64,000 nt of DNA from NCBI GenBank assembly GCA_951406725.2, contig OX597838.1, positions 4,278,001-4,342,000 on the forward strand. Direction: 5' to 3'. The notes beneath the pieces were generated by a model. The model did not search any database, had not been told where the DNA came from, and saw only the letters and a program-made list of their open reading frames with translations. The position numbers were made by a program, and so were the translations under genes. The DNA comes from Octopus vulgaris (lineage: Eukaryota). This document shows positions 11,751 through 23,575 of this stretch, one piece after another (positions within the stretch are counted from its first letter, which is position 1; every line of letters begins with the position of its first letter).

Positions 11751-12795
11751 ATTGATTACTCTTTTTTACTCTTTTACTTGTTTCAGTCATTTGACTGCGG
11801 CCATGCTGGAGCACCGCCTTTAGTCGAGCAAATCGACCCCGGGACTTATTCTTTGTTAGCCCAGTACTTATTCTATCGGTCTCTTTTTTGCCGAACCGCT
11901 AAGTGACGGGGACGTAAACACACCAGCACCGGTTGTCGAGCAATGCTAGGGGGACAAACACAGTCACACAAACACACACATACATATACATACATATATA
12001 CGACAGGCTTCTTTTCAGTTTCCGTCTACCAAATCCACTCACATGGCATTGGTCGGCCTGGGGCTATAGCAGAAGACACTTGCCCAAGATGCCACGCAGT
12101 GGGACTGAACCCGGAACCATGTGGTTGGTTAGCAAGCTACTTACCACACAGCCACTCCTGCGCCAACATTGTCTTAAATATATTTTTGAGGACAGAAAAA
12201 CATTCACTGAGACCAGACATAACTGAACCATTTAGCATTCAGATTCTGTCAAATGAAAGGCTTATTTATTCATTTTGTTTTGATTAAATTAATCAATGGA
12301 TTATCTTAACTGCTTCAAGACTGCCAGGATTTGGTTTCCACAAAGATCTAAGGGAGATAATTCTTCAATTTCGAAAAGCAAGATTATTTTTCTTCTAAAA
12401 TTAAGAGAACACCATTCTCTCACACACTAAATAGCAATGTTTTGCGCTTGTAGGTATTTCTCGTGTATGTGTACGTGTGTGTATCTGCATGTGTACACAT
12501 TTGTATGCATGTGCGTGCATGTGTGTGTGCACATGCAAGTGGTTATATAGGAGTGTGTGTGTGCGTGCATGTAGGTACGAGAGTGTGCATGGATGAAAGT
12601 GTATGTATAGGTGAGAGTGTTTGTACGTGTACGTATCATTTTATGTCCCCTATTCCATGCTGGCATGGGTTAGACAAGTCCTGATAATCCAAATCCTTAC
12701 TAGAGAGCCACAACATTAATCTGCTATTTGACATGGTTTTTATGGCAGGATGCCCTCCCTGTGGCCAACCACTTTATACATATTGTAGTGTGTAT

Positions 12796-12828
<33 letters not shown>

Positions 12829-14141
12829 GTGGCAGACTGGCCAGGTTGCCAGTTTGTGCAATGGCAAGTGAGCCTCTGTGCCATTAGAATCCATATATGG
12901 GGACTCATGTTAGTATCTAAGGAGCGCATCCCCTCAAGTTTGAAAATTTTTCATTCTCTCTTGGAAGAATGCGTTAATTATTTCAGACTGGTTGTGTTTG
13001 TAGACAGTTGAAAAGAAGACTTTTAACAAAAAAGAAAAAATCAAATGATAGCATTGTAGTTACGGGTGGGTCCCCTTAGTCTCCTGGCAACCAATATTTT
13101 TAGACCCAGTCCACCACTGTGTGTGTGTGTGTGTGCCTTTCCCATTCCTTAATTCTTTAACATTCAGGTTACTCTGTCAAATGTAAAGCTTACTTCTGGA
13201 CATTGTTTTGAATTAATCGGGCATTCATTATCTTGTAGCTTAGAGGTTTCAGTCATGTGGTTGTTTATGTTTAGAAAGACATTGTAGGGTATGTGTGAAA
13301 GGCATCATCTGGCAGGTTTGAACTCAAAACACGTAGAATATTTGGGCTGGATATGGCTAGCTGAGATGCTAAAGGGTGAATGGTATATCAGTTTTTGGAG
13401 AAATTCTTGAATCTTGAGATTGAAAAAGAAAAAAAAGATACCTTCTTGTGTCATGTCAACGCATAAGGGCTGGTTTTGTATATTCTGCACCTGGATAGGA
13501 TGCCAGTCCATTGCAGTGTTACTCATCTTTGCCAGTTGAGTAGACTGGAGCAACATGAAATTAAGTGTTTTGCTCAAGAACACAACGTGCTGCCAGGTCC
13601 AGGAATTGAAACCACAATATTACAATCACGAGTCCCATACCCTAACCACTAAGCTTCGTGCTTCCATAAATCTTGAAATTATCTCCCCTTCTCAAGTAGA
13701 GATTATATTAATTGCCACTTGGTGATTTTAATGAATCCTCTAGAGGCAGAGATAATTATCTATCAATGATCAACATTTAATGACCCTTTTCCATGGTTTG
13801 GATGGGTTGACTGGAGCTGCCAAGTCAGAGAGCTGCACCAAGCTCCACTGTCAGTTTTGGCAAAACTGGATGTCTTTCCTAACACCAACCTTATTACAGA
13901 GTAGACTGGGGGTTTTTAAAAATTTTTTTAGTAAATTAGAGGGGTCAAAAAGAAGTAATAAATAAAACGAAGAGGAGTACACATCAGGTTAAACAGATGT
14001 TAATTCATGCCTGAAAAATATTAAAAAAAACAACAACAACCAAAATAAAACAAAAACGAAAGAGGGGTGGGTGGAATAAAACCCACCCCTTTCGAATGAA
14101 TTATAGGAAGTTGGTGGGATGAGAGATTTTTTTCTCATTTT

Positions 14142-14177
<36 letters not shown>

Positions 14178-17100
14178 AGAAATGCCAGTTTGACTACAGT
14201 GAAATAATGCTGCCTTTTTTCATCATGCGGAACTGAAACGAAAGTCGTTAACTTCCTCTCTTGATCAACAGGAAACACAGTTTGGAATGTCGTCACGAGA
14301 CGTGTTTGAGATACAAACACTTAAGGAGAGGGAAGAGGAGGAGGAGGAGAAAAGGGGATGTGTGTGTGTGTGTGTGTGCACACATTTGTGCTTGTGTGTG
14401 TAGTGACTTCATGTGTGCAAGTGTGTGTGTGTGTGCGTGAAAAATATTTGTAAAGATGTTGATTAAAAGTGTTATGAAGTGACATATTTATGTTTATATA
14501 CCCATTTCTTTACTACCAACAAGGAGCTAAACACAGAGAGGACAAATAAGGACAGACAAACGAGTTAAGTCGATTACATCGACCTCAGCGTGTAACTGGT
14601 ACTCAATTTATCGACCCTGAATGGATGAAAGGCAAAGTCGACCTCGGCGGAATTTGAACTCAGAACGTAATGGCAGACAAAATACGGCTATGCATTTCGC
14701 CCGGCGTGCTAACGTTTCTATATGTTTATATACCTCAGTGGTTCCCAACCATTTTTTCCCCAATCTATGAACCCCTTTGATTATGATTTTATTCTTGTGG
14801 AAGCCCATAGCCATTTGATGTTTAAAAACTAGTTTTTCTTTCAAAATCTGTGTAGGTTGAACCAATGTAAAGTATCAAAGACAGAAACAAAACTGTTTCT
14901 TACAATAAACACAGGTAAAGCAGAAGTTTTCCATGAACTCTCAAAATACTACCATGGATGCTCAATTTACTATTTTGCTTGCTATAGTTACTATATGGAC
15001 CCTTAGGGATCATACAGACACCAGTTGAGAACCACTCATATACATTCCCATTGTTTAATGTCAATGTTTCCATTTTTGTATGGGTCGGATGGAATTAAGA
15101 CAAATTTTCTACAGCTAGATGCTCTTCCCATCACCGACCCTTACCTGTTTCAAAGTGAGGTAATATTTCCTCACGACCAGACATATTTTCATGGTAGATT
15201 GGAACAAAGGAGACCGCTTGCACAACAGTGATGCTTATTTACAATTATCATGCAATGTCAAGGAAAAGAGACAGTAACACACACAACAGGCTTCTTTCCT
15301 GGTTCCATCCACCAAATTCTCTCTCAAATCATTTGGTTGGCCTAGGCCTATCGTAGAAGACACTTGCCCAAAGTGTCATGCAGTGGGACTGAACCCAGAA
15401 CCATGTGGTTGGGAAGCAAACTTCTTATTTCTTTACTGCCCACAAGGGGCTACACACAGAGGGGACAAACAAGGACAGACAAACGGATTAAGTCGATTAT
15501 ATCAACACCAGTGCGTAACTGGTACTTATTTAATCGATCCCGAAAAGATGAAAAGCAAAGTTGACCTCAGCGGAATTTGAACTCAGAACGTAATAGCAGA
15601 CGAAATACCGCTAAGCATTTCGCCCGGTGTGCTAACGTTTCTGCCAGCTCGCCGCAGTGAGCATGGTAAGAAGCAAACTTCTTACCATGCACACACACAC
15701 ACACACACACACACAGATTATGTCCAACCCATGCCAGCATCAAACATGGTCACTAAACGATGATTTGTGTATGTATATATAAATACAAACATCTTTGATA
15801 TCCTTCTCCATATCCATAACACACAATGACATGTACCTAACATTAATGTCATTCAACTAAGGTTTTCTTCCCCTTAAAGCCCCACAAATAATTTGCATAT
15901 TTTTTTTTCCACAACATTAAGTATGATGTTACTAACAGGTCTCATATTTCTTCCTTGGAGGAATTCCACTCAGTGTCTACTATAGCCTCAGGTCGACCAA
16001 AGCCTCGTGAGTAGATTTGGTAGACAGAAACTGAAAGAAGCCCGTTGTATATGTGTGTGTGTGTCTTTTTTCGTCTGCTTGCCCCCCCCTCCCACTCCAC
16101 CATTGCTTGTGTGTTTACATCTCTGTAACTTAGCACTTTGGCAAAAGAGACCAATGGAATAAGTACCAGGCTTACAAAGGATAAGTCATGGGGTCGATTT
16201 GTTCAATTAATGGCGGTGCTCCAGCATGGCCACAGTTAAATGACAAACAGATAAAAGAGTAAACACACACACACACATACATATTATACGACGGGCTTCT
16301 CTCAGTTTCCGCCTACCAAATCCACTCTAAGCGCTTTGGTTGGCTTGAGGCTGCCAAAGGTGCAGCACAATGGCCTTGAACCGAAGACCACTTGTTTGGG
16401 AAGCAAGCTTCTTAACCACATGGCCACACCTGTGCCTGTATTTATAATCACATCATCAATACACCTGCTTTTTCTTTTTCCGATGTTGGTATTGGGTAGG
16501 ACAAGAGTTCTTGTGGCAGTATTCTACAACCGGACGCCTTTCCTGTCACTGACCTTCACTTGTTTCTTAGTAAAGTACTTTATTCTACAATTTTGCATGA
16601 TAAAGTGCTCAGCTGCTGCACTCAGGTGGGACATACACAATATCACTGCTGCATTTGTGTGTGAGAGAGAACATGCATGCTTTAATTTTTTTGTATGTTT
16701 CAGCTGTAAGGCTGTGGCCATGCTGGGGCACCGCCATGCATGTGTACATCAACATTATCATCATCGTTTAACATCTGGGTTGGACGATTTGACTGAGGAC
16801 TGGTGAACCAGATGGCTGCACCAGGCTCCAATCTGATCTGGCAGAGTTTCTACAGCTGGATGCCCTTCCCAATGCCAACCACTCTGAGGGTGTAGTGAGT
16901 GCTTTTACGTGCCACTGGCATGAGGGTCAGTCTGACAGTACTGGCAGTGGCCACACTCAAACGGTGTTTTTTACGTGCCACCTGCAAAGGAGCCAGTCCA
17001 GCAGCACTGGCAACGACTTTGCTCGAATGCTTTTTCACGTGCCACTGGCACAAGTGCCAGAAAGGCGACGCTGGTAATGATCATGCTCGAATGATACTTT

Positions 17101-17262
17101 TTATGTGCCACTGGCACAGAAGCCAGTCAGCTGCTCTGGCAATGATCACGCTTGGATGGTGCTCTTAGCGCTCCACTAGCACGGATGCCAATCATCGATT
17201 TCGATTTCAACAAAGAATCCAAACACCAGCAAGGTGCTTCTGGGGAGTAAGAAAAATATCAC

Positions 17263-17316
17263 CTGAAGTATTTGTTCTGTCCGAGTTGTACAATGCAAAT
17301 TCCCTTGTTATTCTCC
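17263..17316 (-). CDS. Candidate 54-nt cassette exon (GRITREFALYNSDRTNTS)
   Basis: TTACAACAG acceptor, CAG|GTGATA donor, phase 1-1, open frame; no homology recognised. Confidence 0.3.
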
Positions 17317-18001
17317 CTGTTGTAAATGCAGTGAATCAGATTTGCTCAGCCCATTGGAAAGGTGTAACTGATGATGTTATTGCTTCAGAAAATTTGATAA
17401 CAAATAAAAACTGAACATACAAAGAGGGTGGCAGGGGACGATGTATAATGGTACCCAGAATGTACAAACGGCTAGCAAGGCAGTTGTAAATACACGTCTA
17501 GAATATTCTAACAAGATGGCACTAAACAAAAAGCAGAACGGCTAGCAGGGCAGTGTAACTAAAAAGCTCAATTGTGATCTGTCTGGCTGTTATTCTACTC
17601 AAGCAGGAGGCCTAAAGGGTTTTGATTTACAAATTTCTTGTCCCAGCAGGGAATGCTTCAATGTGAATTGAGCATGTACAGGTGTTGTAAGAAAGGAGCA
17701 AGTCGTAGAGCTAAAAGAAGGAAGACTTTATCTTCAGATGTTCTTTTCATTTTTTCATTTTTTGAGACAGCAGGTTGTGAGAATTTGAGAGAATTTGTCA
17801 GTTATTTCTAGAAGATCAAGTAACAGCAGAGAGGTTCAATTATTGATTCATGCTTAAAGTGTGTGTGTGTTTTAAATTTTTTTTTTAAATTTAAAACAAT
17901 GAATGTAGTAAGAAATAATACAAGTCAGTTGTTTATACTTTTATCTTGAATTACAATATTTCGGGTTAAGAACTCCTTTTCACAACACCATTTCTCCGAG
18001 G

Positions 18002-18041
18002 ATTTCCTGAAGAAGGGATCCTAACCCAGAAATATTGAAAC
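18002..18041 (+). ncRNA. Minimal hammerhead-like motif (CUGAAGA core), with a degenerate inverted copy at ~17931-17984
   Basis: TTTC-CTGAAGA-AGGG(ATCCTAA)CCCA-GAAATATT-GAAA; AATATT palindrome in stem III. Confidence 0.5.
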
Positions 18042-18363
18042 ACAAAGTAAAAGTATAAAGCGTCACTTAGTAATATTTCTTACAACTTGCATTGCAACAA
18101 AAAAATTAAAACCTGTGTGTGTGTGTGCATGCATATATCTGTATATGAGAATATGTAAGTGAGTGTATGTGGTGTGTCCTTTCTGCCAATAGTGAGGAGG
18201 AGGAGGAGGAAAGGAAGAGATAGAGAGACGGGAGATGGTGGGGAAGGACAAGAAGAGCAGAGGGGTTTTGCAGAGGGCCGGCAGTAAGCTGGCCAAGGGT
18301 AGCAGGTCAGGGTGGAAAGGAAGGTAACGATAAAGCTGCACGGTGCTGCAAACGGTCACCTAC

Positions 18364-18438
18364 CACGCTGTGGACGGACACAACACATCAACATGTGGTG
18401 TTTTAGTTTTAACGACCGCACAGTACGCTTACGTCCAC
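18364..18438 (-). CDS. Candidate 75-nt cassette exon of KIAA0930 homolog (GGRKRTVRSLKLKHHMLMCCVRPQR)
   Basis: TTTCTTCTCCAG acceptor, G|GTAGGT donor, symmetric phase 1-1, open frame; no homology recognised. Confidence 0.45.
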
Positions 18439-18559
18439 CTGGAGAAGAAACTGGAGAGAAACGGTGATACCAATGTCAGAGAATCGGCCAGCTAATGGCT
18501 AGCAGGTAGTGGGGGTCGGGGTGGCAGGGGGTCAAACAACAAATCGACACAAGAAATTA

Positions 18560-18590
<31 letters not shown>

Positions 18591-19090
18591 GGAGAATTAA
18601 ACATGTAGCGTTAAAGAATTATATCATTCATTTTTTACTTGAGTTTTGCCTCAAGTAAATATAAAATGTTCAGACTTGAATGGTTTAAAGTTGCTTGAAG
18701 GTTGCTCTGAAATGGTAGCAAATCTGAGAACTGAAGCAGTGACATTTCAGACAATGTGTGTGTGTGTGTGTGCAATGAGTTGTAATGCACTTAAGCTCTG
18801 TATACAATGACCTCATTATATATATATATATACAATAATATGTTACATTACTCAAATAAATTTCCTCTATTTACATAATATTGAGGTCTCTTTCTTTCTT
18901 TTGTTATCTTACCGTTTTACCAATATATATATATATATATATGTATGTATGTCTGTCTGTACAATGATGTGTTATATTGCACCTGCTCCATGTATACAAT
19001 GAGCATATATATATATATATGTAACATATGGTATAATTATAAACAGAGCAAATTTTAGCCATTTCTCCGTAGACTGAAAAAAACTGATGA

Positions 19091-19139
19091 ACAACCTTAA
19101 TCGATTTTCGAACCCTATTGGGTTCTCATCAGAGGCGTC
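19091..19139 (-). ncRNA. Type I hammerhead ribozyme (minimal, Penelope-like) inside a (TA)n-flanked element (~19021-19277)
   Basis: Minus strand GCCT-CTGATGA-GAACCC(AATA)GGGTTC-GAA-AATCGATT-A-AGGT: full core, 6-bp stem II, palindromic stem III, UUA site, 4-bp stem I. Confidence 0.8.
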
Positions 19140-19292
19140 TACATCATTCTGACTGCCTCCAGAGAAACAAGCAGCCAAACTGTTTATATACTCAATAAAT
19201 GCAGCAGTTACTCTATGAAGGAGTCCGTAATTTGCATACCGAAAGTGTTTAACACTTTATAAATACCAGCAGCCTGTGTATATATAAATATA

Positions 19293-19673
19293 TGGAAGCA
19301 CTCCGTCGGTTACGACGACGAGGGTTCCGGTTGATCCGATCAACGGAACAGCCTACTCATAAAATTAACGTGTAAGTGGCTGAGCACTCCACAGACACGT
19401 GCACCCATAATGTAGTTCTCGGGGATATTCAGCGTGACACAGAGAGTGACAAGGCTGGCCCTTTGAAATAAAGGTACAACAGAAGCAGGAAGTAAGAGTG
19501 AGAGACAGTTGTGGTGAAAGAGTACAGCAGGGATCACCACCATCCCTGCCGGAGCCTCGTGGAGCTTTAGGTGTTTTCGCTCAATAAACACTCACAACGC
19601 CCGGTCTGGGAATTGAAACCGCGATCCTACAACCGCGAGTCCGCTGCCCTAACCACTGGGCCATTGCGCCTCC
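19293..19673 (-). mobile_element. tRNA-derived SINE family D (GGAGGCGCAATGGCCCAGTGGTTAGGGCAGCGGACTCGCG...)
   Basis: tRNA-like head with A and B boxes; related copies ~32545-32845, 35570-35930, 39620-39743. Confidence 0.85.
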
Positions 19674-19675
19674 AC

Positions 19676-19726
<51 letters not shown>

Positions 19727-19852
19727 TACATATTGTTTAGTGTACAAATCTTAAATACTAAAAAAGAGGTAGTCAGAATTTTGGATACCACCTCGTACAT
19801 GTTTGTAGTATTTGTGTGCATGTTTGAGTAGGACTGCTATGTGAAAGGCATG

Positions 19853-20777
19853 TACGAGGTCTGATCAATAAGTATCCGGACTGTTGCCATAGTAACAAAG
19901 CTAAAGCATGCAGAGTGAAGCTGCTCGGCAGAGATTGACCTTGAACTCTGCTGTGCAGGCACACTAAGTTTTAATGTTCTAGTTCACTTCTGCTGTTTAC
20001 AACAATGCTTGGAAGGAACGTGTGTAGCGTGTGATCATTGCATTGACTATGAGAGAGAAAGTTTAGCAGAGAATCTGCATCAAGTTTTGCCAAAAGCCTG
20101 TTCTGAGGCCTACGCAAAGTTGCAGAAAGAGTATGGAGAGGAGTGTATGAGCTGCACACACAAAAGTGTATGAGTGGTTCAGACGTTTCCAAGATGGCTG
20201 AAAAAAATGTCGATATTAATGAATGATCTGAGAGACCTACAACCAGCAGAACTGAGAAAAACATCACAGATGTGCAATCAGCTAAGAGGGGAAATTGTTG
20301 AATCACTATCGGTGAGTTATCAGAGGATGTGCAGATTAGTTACGGTTCAGTTCAGTCCATTTTCACTGAAAATTTGGGTATGAGATGCGTGTCCGTCAAG
20401 TTTGTGCCCAAACTGCTTTCAGCTGACCAAAAAGACACTTGGGTTTCAGTTGGACAAGATTTCCTTGATTGAGTCAGGAATGATGAAAACTTTTTGAAAA
20501 CTTTGCGAAGGTCTCTGAGCAGGTATTGCCAAGCTTTTGGCAAAATTTGATGCAGATTCTCTGCTCAACTTTCTCTGTCATGGTCTATATGACAATCACA
20601 TGCTACACACCTTCCTTCCAAGCACTGCTGTAAACAGCAGAAGTGAACTAGAATGTTAAAACTTTGTGTGCATGCACAGCAGAGTTCAAGGTCAATCTTT
20701 GCCAAGTGGCTTCAGTGTGTGTACTTTAGCTTCATTACTATGGACACAGTCCAGATACTTATTAATCAGACCATGTA
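19853..20777 (+). mobile_element. Foldback mariner derivative with ~250-bp inverted 5' ends and TA target duplication
   Basis: 19855-20100 is the diverged reverse complement of ~20530-20775; interior encodes decayed HTH region QRICIKFCQK...VYEWFRRFQDG...LGMR.VSVKFVPKLLS. Confidence 0.88.
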
Positions 20778-21278
20778 TTAATTATTCAAGAACACACAAA
20801 GACTTACCTCATTATAATCTTGTCAGTGACAAAGTTGCAGTCCATGCGACGAAAATTTTGACACCAAATAAAAAATGTCAAAGTGAAGTTAACAGTCTTT
20901 GTGCATTTTTGAATTGTCCATGCGTATACTCCACACTGCAATAATTTATATGAGTGTGTGTCTACATATCTGTGTATTAAGGCTACCATTAGTTTCATGT
21001 TAAGAAAATATCTTAATTTTTCAAGTCAATCACAGAGAAGTTGGTGTTTATGAAAAATTGTTAAGATGCTTCTTTAACATGAAACCATTGGTAGCCTTAA
21101 TACACAAATAAATAATACCCACCAATGTGGTGTTGAGCACTCATTCTCACTGTTTGATATTTACATATATGTGTGTGTACATGTGAGAGGGAAGAGTTTG
21201 TGTGTGTGTTTATATATACACACACACACATACATTTATATACATTCATATTATACATGTTTATACATAAATATTTAC

Positions 21279-21456
21279 CATCTTGTATAGCAGCTGCTTC
21301 CACTTCGTGGCAATTGTCTGTACCTATGTTGTCGACGTTTTCTGTTTCCGAGCGAGATTTCCTTATATTTAATTTCCGGAAACTTCCACGCATAAATGTA
21401 CCCCCCACCGCCGAACTCGGGTCACTCATTCTGCGTTCATTGTAAGAGTTTTGCTC
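21279..21456 (-). CDS. KIAA0930: KIAA0930 homolog exon 8 (EQNSYNERRMSDPSS...LNIRKSRSETENVD...EVEAAAIQD)
   Basis: In frame; IRKSRSE resembles human MKKSHSA; TTTCAG / G|GTAAAT; 178 nt, phase 0 to 1. Confidence 0.88.
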
Positions 21457-21604
21457 CTGAAATAATAATAAAGAAAAGTAAATTATCTATATATACATAT
21501 ATACACAGATGCATTCACAAGTGAGTGGACAAATGGAAGAAAGGGGCATTCCACATACAGGCATACTTCACCCTAAGTCATTTATTGGATTCATGAGATG
21601 ACTT

Positions 21605-21746
21605 GGGCCGAAATTTACTCATCCCTAGGCCAGGCCGAAATTTACTCATCCCTAGGCCAGGGCCAAAATTTACTTGACCCTAGCCAGGGCCAAAATTTAC
21701 TTGTCCCTAGACCGGGCTGAAATTTACTCGTCCCTAGGCCAGGCCG
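21605..21746. repeat. ~27-bp minisatellite x5 (GGCCGAAATTTACTCATCCCTAGGCCA)
   Basis: Five diverging tandem units. Confidence 0.9.
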
Positions 21747-22558
21747 GTCTGGTAAGCCAAGGAGGCTGCACCAGGCTCCAGTCTGGTTTGGCAGTGTTTC
21801 TACAGCTGGATGCCCTTCCTAATGCCAACCACTCCAAGAGTGTAGTGGGTGTTTTTTACATGCCACCGGCACAGGTGCCAGTGGAGGCTGGCAAACAACC
21901 ACGATCAGTTGGTGATTTTACGTGTCACCGACACGGATGCCAGTCAGGCGGCGCTGGCATCTGCCATGTTCAGACGGTGCTTTTTACGTGTCACCGGCAC
22001 AGGTGTCTTAACTACAATTTCCATTTGATTTTTATTTTGATGTTGGTATTGACGTACTTGGCTCAAAGGGTCTCCTCGAGAACAGCCGGTCATCTTCAAT
22101 TTATCTCAGTTCTCTTGCTGATCTCTTGTTGAGATGCAAACATCCTACGTATCCATAAAACTAAGTCATATGGAGGTGAGTCAAACTATCATTAGACATA
22201 CACATATACACATGCATCTGAAGGTATATATGTATGTATATATATATATATATATATATATCATCATCATTTAATATCCATTGTCCATGCTGGCATGGGT
22301 TGGACAGTTTGATCAGGGATGGTAAGTTGAGGGGGCTGCACCAGCTTCCAGTCTGATTTAGCATGGTTTCCATGGCTGGATGCCCTTCCAAGTGCCGACC
22401 ACTCTGAGACTGTAACAAGTGCTTTTACATACCAGTTGTGTGGCACCAGTATCTGCCACAACTACGATTTCACTCAGTTTGATGGATCTTCCTTCTGAAG
22501 CACAGCAATACACACACACACACACACACAAACAAAACAACACCATGCTTATACTTAC

Positions 22559-22750
22559 CTCATCAGCAAAGGCATCTACCGGAAAGTTCTCTGTGTCTGG
22601 AGTCTCAGGCCCAGAACCTTTTACACGGCTCACTGCCATTTCTGCAAACCCCTTGCCATGCGGTCCTCGCATGCGGACGAATTCCACTCGTTTGTGGCCC
22701 TTGAACCAGCCAAGGGACATCGTATGAGCCCATCGAGATGTGAGACTAGC
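22559..22750 (-). CDS. KIAA0930: KIAA0930 homolog exon 7 ([43 protein letters not shown]...DAFADE)
   Basis: Matches human [21 protein letters not shown]; acceptor TTGAAG, donor GAG|GTAAGT; 192 nt. Confidence 0.96.
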
Positions 22751-23264
22751 CTTCAATAAAGAGGAGAGAGAAAAATACTTTCAAGAGGGGAGAGGTTTAC
22801 GTTCATTTTTCTGAGAGACATAATCCAAATGATTCTATGGGAAAAGAAATAATGGTGAATAAGAATTGAAGAAAGACACCTTCCTCTTTAGTTAAGCCCC
22901 CAATAGCGTTTTTAAACCCTTGAAGATCAACTGAATAGCCTATGGTGGTGGAGAGCTTTTAACCCAAGAACTGTGGCTAACTTTTAGAAATTCTTCTCCT
23001 GATAGAGCTACAGGTGGTGATGGGACATTACCAACTTAAGAGAAACTCCATAGGCATATTGGTGCCATGAACCAGGCCCATCCAAGACGGACAACACCTG
23101 GAGCATTGCTGGTTTGTGGAGTTGTGCTGTTGTAAGATGGATCCAGTTATCAACCAAGTCTATCATGACGATTGTTCCAGCTGCTTTCGTCTCTTAACTC
23201 TGGCAAAAATTATTATTAAGGTTGTGAGCTGGCAGAATTGTCACTACACTGGACAAAATAGTTA

Positions 23265-23575
23265 GCGGAGGGAGAGAGGGAGGCAGAGAGAAAGAGGGGG
23301 ACGGAGAGAGAGAGGGGGACAGAGAGAGAGAGGGGGACGGAGAGAGAGAGGAGGATGGAGAGAGAGAGGGGGACGGAGAGAGAGACGGGGGACGGAGAGA
23401 GAGAGGAGGGGGACGGAGGGAGAGAGAGAGAGGGGGGACGGAGAGAGAGAGAGAGAGGGGGGGATGGAGAGAGAGAGGGGACAGAGAGAGAGAGAGGGGG
23501 ACGGAGAGAGAGAGAGAGGGGGACGGAGAGAGAGAGAGAGGGGGACGGAGGGAGAGCGAGAGACGGAGGGAGAGC
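23265..23575. repeat. Purine-rich (GGGGGACGGAGAGAGAGA)n repeat
   Basis: Direct reading. Confidence 0.95.

Noticed and set aside
17361-17400. CTGATGA...GAAA on + strand
   Set aside because: No convincing stem I or II
19882-19895. RFX X-box GTTGCCATAGTAAC
   Set aside because: Lies within the mariner terminal sequence; no evidence of regulatory use
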